In this document: in pieces, positions 38,660 through 40,866 of the stretch
Numbering within the stretch: position 1 is the first letter of the stretch
Layout: each line of letters begins with the position of its first letter
From: Clostridia bacterium
GTDB lineage: Bacteria; Bacillota; Clostridia; UMGS1883
Direction: 5' to 3'
DNA length: 40,866 bases
Assembly (NCBI GenBank): GCA_045615265.1
Contig: JAZLEL010000107.1
Span: 1-40,866 of the forward strand
The notes under the pieces: model-generated
What the model saw: only the letters and a program-made list of their open reading frames with translations
Database searches by the model: none
What the model was told of the DNA's origin: nothing
Position numbers and translations under genes: made by a program

Positions 38660-40498
38660 TTATTTTATTTTCAGCATACGCATTGCATTGAGAACTGCTA
38701 TTATCATTACGCCTACATCGGAAAATATTGCGGCATACATATTATCAAAGCCTGCCATACTCAGTATCATTACCCCAAATTTCACTATAAGAGATAGAGT
38801 GATATTCTGACAGACAATTCGCATTGTTTTTTTGGAAAGTTTCACGGCTTCGGCAATCATCAGAAGGTTGTCATTCATAATAACAACATCCGCTGCTTCT
38901 ATCGCCGCATCACTTCCCAATGCACCCATAGCTATACCGATATCGGCACATGAAAGCACAGGGGCGTCATTTATACCATCACCTGCAAAGGCTACCTTTC
39001 CTGCCCCATCTTCCCTTAGGGATAAAACAAGCTCCACCTTATCCTGCGGGAGAAGTCTTGAATATACTTCATCTATGCCTACAACCTTAGCCACGCTTTC
39101 CGCAGTGTATTCATTATCCCCTGTAAGAAGCAGGTTGCGGTTTATACCGCTCTTTTTAAGCAGTGCTACTGCATCTTTTGCCTCGGGTTTCACATTGTCA
39201 GAAAGAAGAATATACCCCATATACTCCCCGTTCTTAGCTACGTGAACAAGCGTGCCATCTTCAGAGGTTTCTGTTATTTCAATCGAATTATTTTTCATCA
39301 ACAGGCAGTTTCCCACAAGCACACTTTCTCCGTCAATCTGAGCCTTAATCCCACTTCCCGAAAGATTTACCGTGTTTTCTACTCTATCAGTGTCAAGCTC
39401 TTTTTTATATCCATCTATTATGGAAAGTGCTATGGGGTGTTTTGACTGACTTTCAGCTAATGCTGCAATTTCTAAAAGCTTTTCCTCTGTTATGTTTTCA
39501 GGACATACTTTTTCCACAGAAAAACCGCCATGGGTAAGTGTTCCTGTCTTATCAAAAGCCATTTTCTGAACCTTTGACAGTGTTTCCAAATGGCTTGAAC
39601 CTTTTATAAGTATGCCCCTTTTTGATGCGGCACCAATTGCACTGAAAAATGTCAGCGGAACTGAAATAACCAGTGCACACGGGCACGAAACCACAAGGAA
39701 AACCAATGCACGTCTTACCCATACTGCAAGCGGCTGACTGAATAGCAAAGGTGGCAAAAATGCGGTCAATAGCGCTAGCCCAAGCACGCACGGGGTATAT
39801 TTGCGTGAAAACTTTGTAATAAACTTTTCCGAGTGTGATTTGTGTGCAGAGGAGGTTTCTACCAGCTTGAGAATTTTTGCTACCGTACTTTCTTCATAAG
39901 TTCCGCTTACACGTATCCTTACAGGGCTTTTCAGATTAATCATTCCGCTGATTGCCCTGTCCCCCTCAAAGGAGGGTACCGACACGCTTTCCCCTGTGAG
40001 AGATGATGCGTCAAAGCTTGTATTTCCCTTTTCAATTATTCCGTCAAGTGCAACCTTTTCCCCAGGCAGCACCAGAATAATCTCATCCTTCTCCACTTTT
40101 TCAGGGGGAAGCTTTATTTCCTGACCATCACGGATAACAGTTGCAAAGTCGGGCTTAAGCTTCATCAGCTCTTTTATGGACCTGCGGCTCTTGCCCACTG
40201 CAACCGCTTGAAACAACTCTCCAAGCTGATAAAGCAGCATAACCATAGCTGCCTCCGGAAATTCTTCCATCATCACAGCACCCACAGTTGCAAGGCTCAT
40301 TAAAAATTCTTCATCAAATATTTGTCCCGACAATATTTTTCTGCCGGCGGATAAAAGCACATCGTAACCTACAATAAGGTATGCCAGCATTTGAAAAACG
40401 ACCTGTATTACATCTATTTTAAAGAACAGAAAAGATGTGGCAAAAACTACTGCCGAAATTATTATTCTTATTAATCTCTTTTTTTGACGCTTGCTCAT
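38660..40498 (-). CDS. cadA: Heavy-metal translocating P1B-type ATPase (CadA/ZntA-like)
   Basis: LTGES, SCPCAL, DKTGT, HP, GDGINDAP. The start is placed after the HMA gene stop. Confidence 0.9.
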   Translation of the reverse strand: MSKRQKKRLIRIIISAVVFATSFLFFKIDVIQVVFQMLAYLIVGYDVLLSAGRKILSGQIFDEEFLMSLATVGAVMMEEFPEAAMVMLLYQLGELFQAVAVGKSRRSIKELMKLKPDFATVIRDGQEIKLPPEKVEKDEIILVLPGEKVALDGIIEKGNTSFDASSLTGESVSVPSFEGDRAISGMINLKSPVRIRVSGTYEESTVAKILKLVETSSAHKSHSEKFITKFSRKYTPCVLGLALLTAFLPPLLFSQPLAVWVRRALVFLVVSCPCALVISVPLTFFSAIGAASKRGILIKGSSHLETLSKVQKMAFDKTGTLTHGGFSVEKVCPENITEEKLLEIAALAESQSKHPIALSIIDGYKKELDTDRVENTVNLSGSGIKAQIDGESVLVGNCLLMKNNSIEITETSEDGTLVHVAKNGEYMGYILLSDNVKPEAKDAVALLKKSGINRNLLLTGDNEYTAESVAKVVGIDEVYSRLLPQDKVELVLSLREDGAGKVAFAGDGINDAPVLSCADIGIAMGALGSDAAIEAADVVIMNDNLLMIAEAVKLSKKTMRIVCQNITLSLIVKFGVMILSMAGFDNMYAAIFSDVGVMIIAVLNAMRMLKIK

Positions 40499-40499
40499 T

Positions 40500-40721
40500 T
40501 TATGCCTCTGTAATTTCAAAATCTCTTTCGGTTTTTCTTCCTGCCTTAACAATTTCCTTTTCAAGGCGGAGAAAATTATCCTCATCAGCCTCAACCATAA
40601 GGGTCTGCATTATAAAGTTAAGCTGTGCACTCTTAACACCGTCAATCTTCTTTATGGCATCTTCTATCTTTCCTGCACATACTGCACAATCAATTTCCGA
40701 AACCTCATATTTTTTTATCAT
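40500..40721 (-). CDS. Heavy-metal-associated (HMA) domain protein
   Basis: IDCAVCAGKIE motif. RBS GAGGA. Sits directly upstream of the ATPase. Confidence 0.88.
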   Translation of the reverse strand: MIKKYEVSEIDCAVCAGKIEDAIKKIDGVKSAQLNFIMQTLMVEADEDNFLRLEKEIVKAGRKTERDFEITEA

Positions 40722-40866
40722 ATTAATCATCCTCGTATAATAAATGTAGTAGTTTTTAGAGTTCCTCTCCAAGAACTATGATATAATTGTTTAGATGCTG
40801 TGGATTGGTTAATCATCCTACCACTTGATGGTTCAAGAAAGGCTCCAACCACAGTCTCTTTGCAGT

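Noticed and set aside
40789-40798. gtttagatgc, a 10-bp match to block A
   Set aside because: It is short, has no flanking block B or leader, and lies 28 kb from the array. Chance is sufficient.
40751-40866. T-box, SRP RNA, 6S RNA or NiCo riboswitch call
   Set aside because: No TGGNACC antiterminator, no SRP GGAA/GCAGCA motif, too short a closed stem for 6S, and no recognisable NiCo core.

Overview
Chromosomal window from a Clostridia-like (Bacillota) bacterium, inferred from sigH, sigma-A promoters, rnj and ARG boxes. The right two-thirds (13.3-40.9 kb) is mostly housekeeping: tgt, rnj, an arginine cluster (argC-J-B-D-F-carA-carB::dapF, argG-argH) with ARG boxes, an S24/S26 peptidase, an amidohydrolase, a HIT protein, alaS, uppP, ftsK/spoIIIE, sigH, a Zn-ribbon protein and an HMA/CadA-type ATPase pair. 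The left third (1-13.2 kb) is accessory DNA with all genes on the minus strand. Its AT-rich core carries a large serine recombinase fused to a sigma-70 region-2-like domain, a recombinase-domain protein with no catalytic domain, and unrelated cargo genes. The cargo genes are separated by a bipartite ~68-bp repeat: an invariant 26-bp block, a 15-16 nt variable spacer and a semi-conserved 27-bp block. Three full copies, one half copy and degenerate junctions are visible. The best candidate for an undescribed system is this serine-recombinase-associated, integron-like gene-cassette array. A second oddity is the carbamoyl-phosphate synthase: CarA lacks its whole glutaminase triad, and CarB is fused to a DapF-fold domain missing one catalytic Cys. 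All family calls are from motif recognition by eye; no searches were run.
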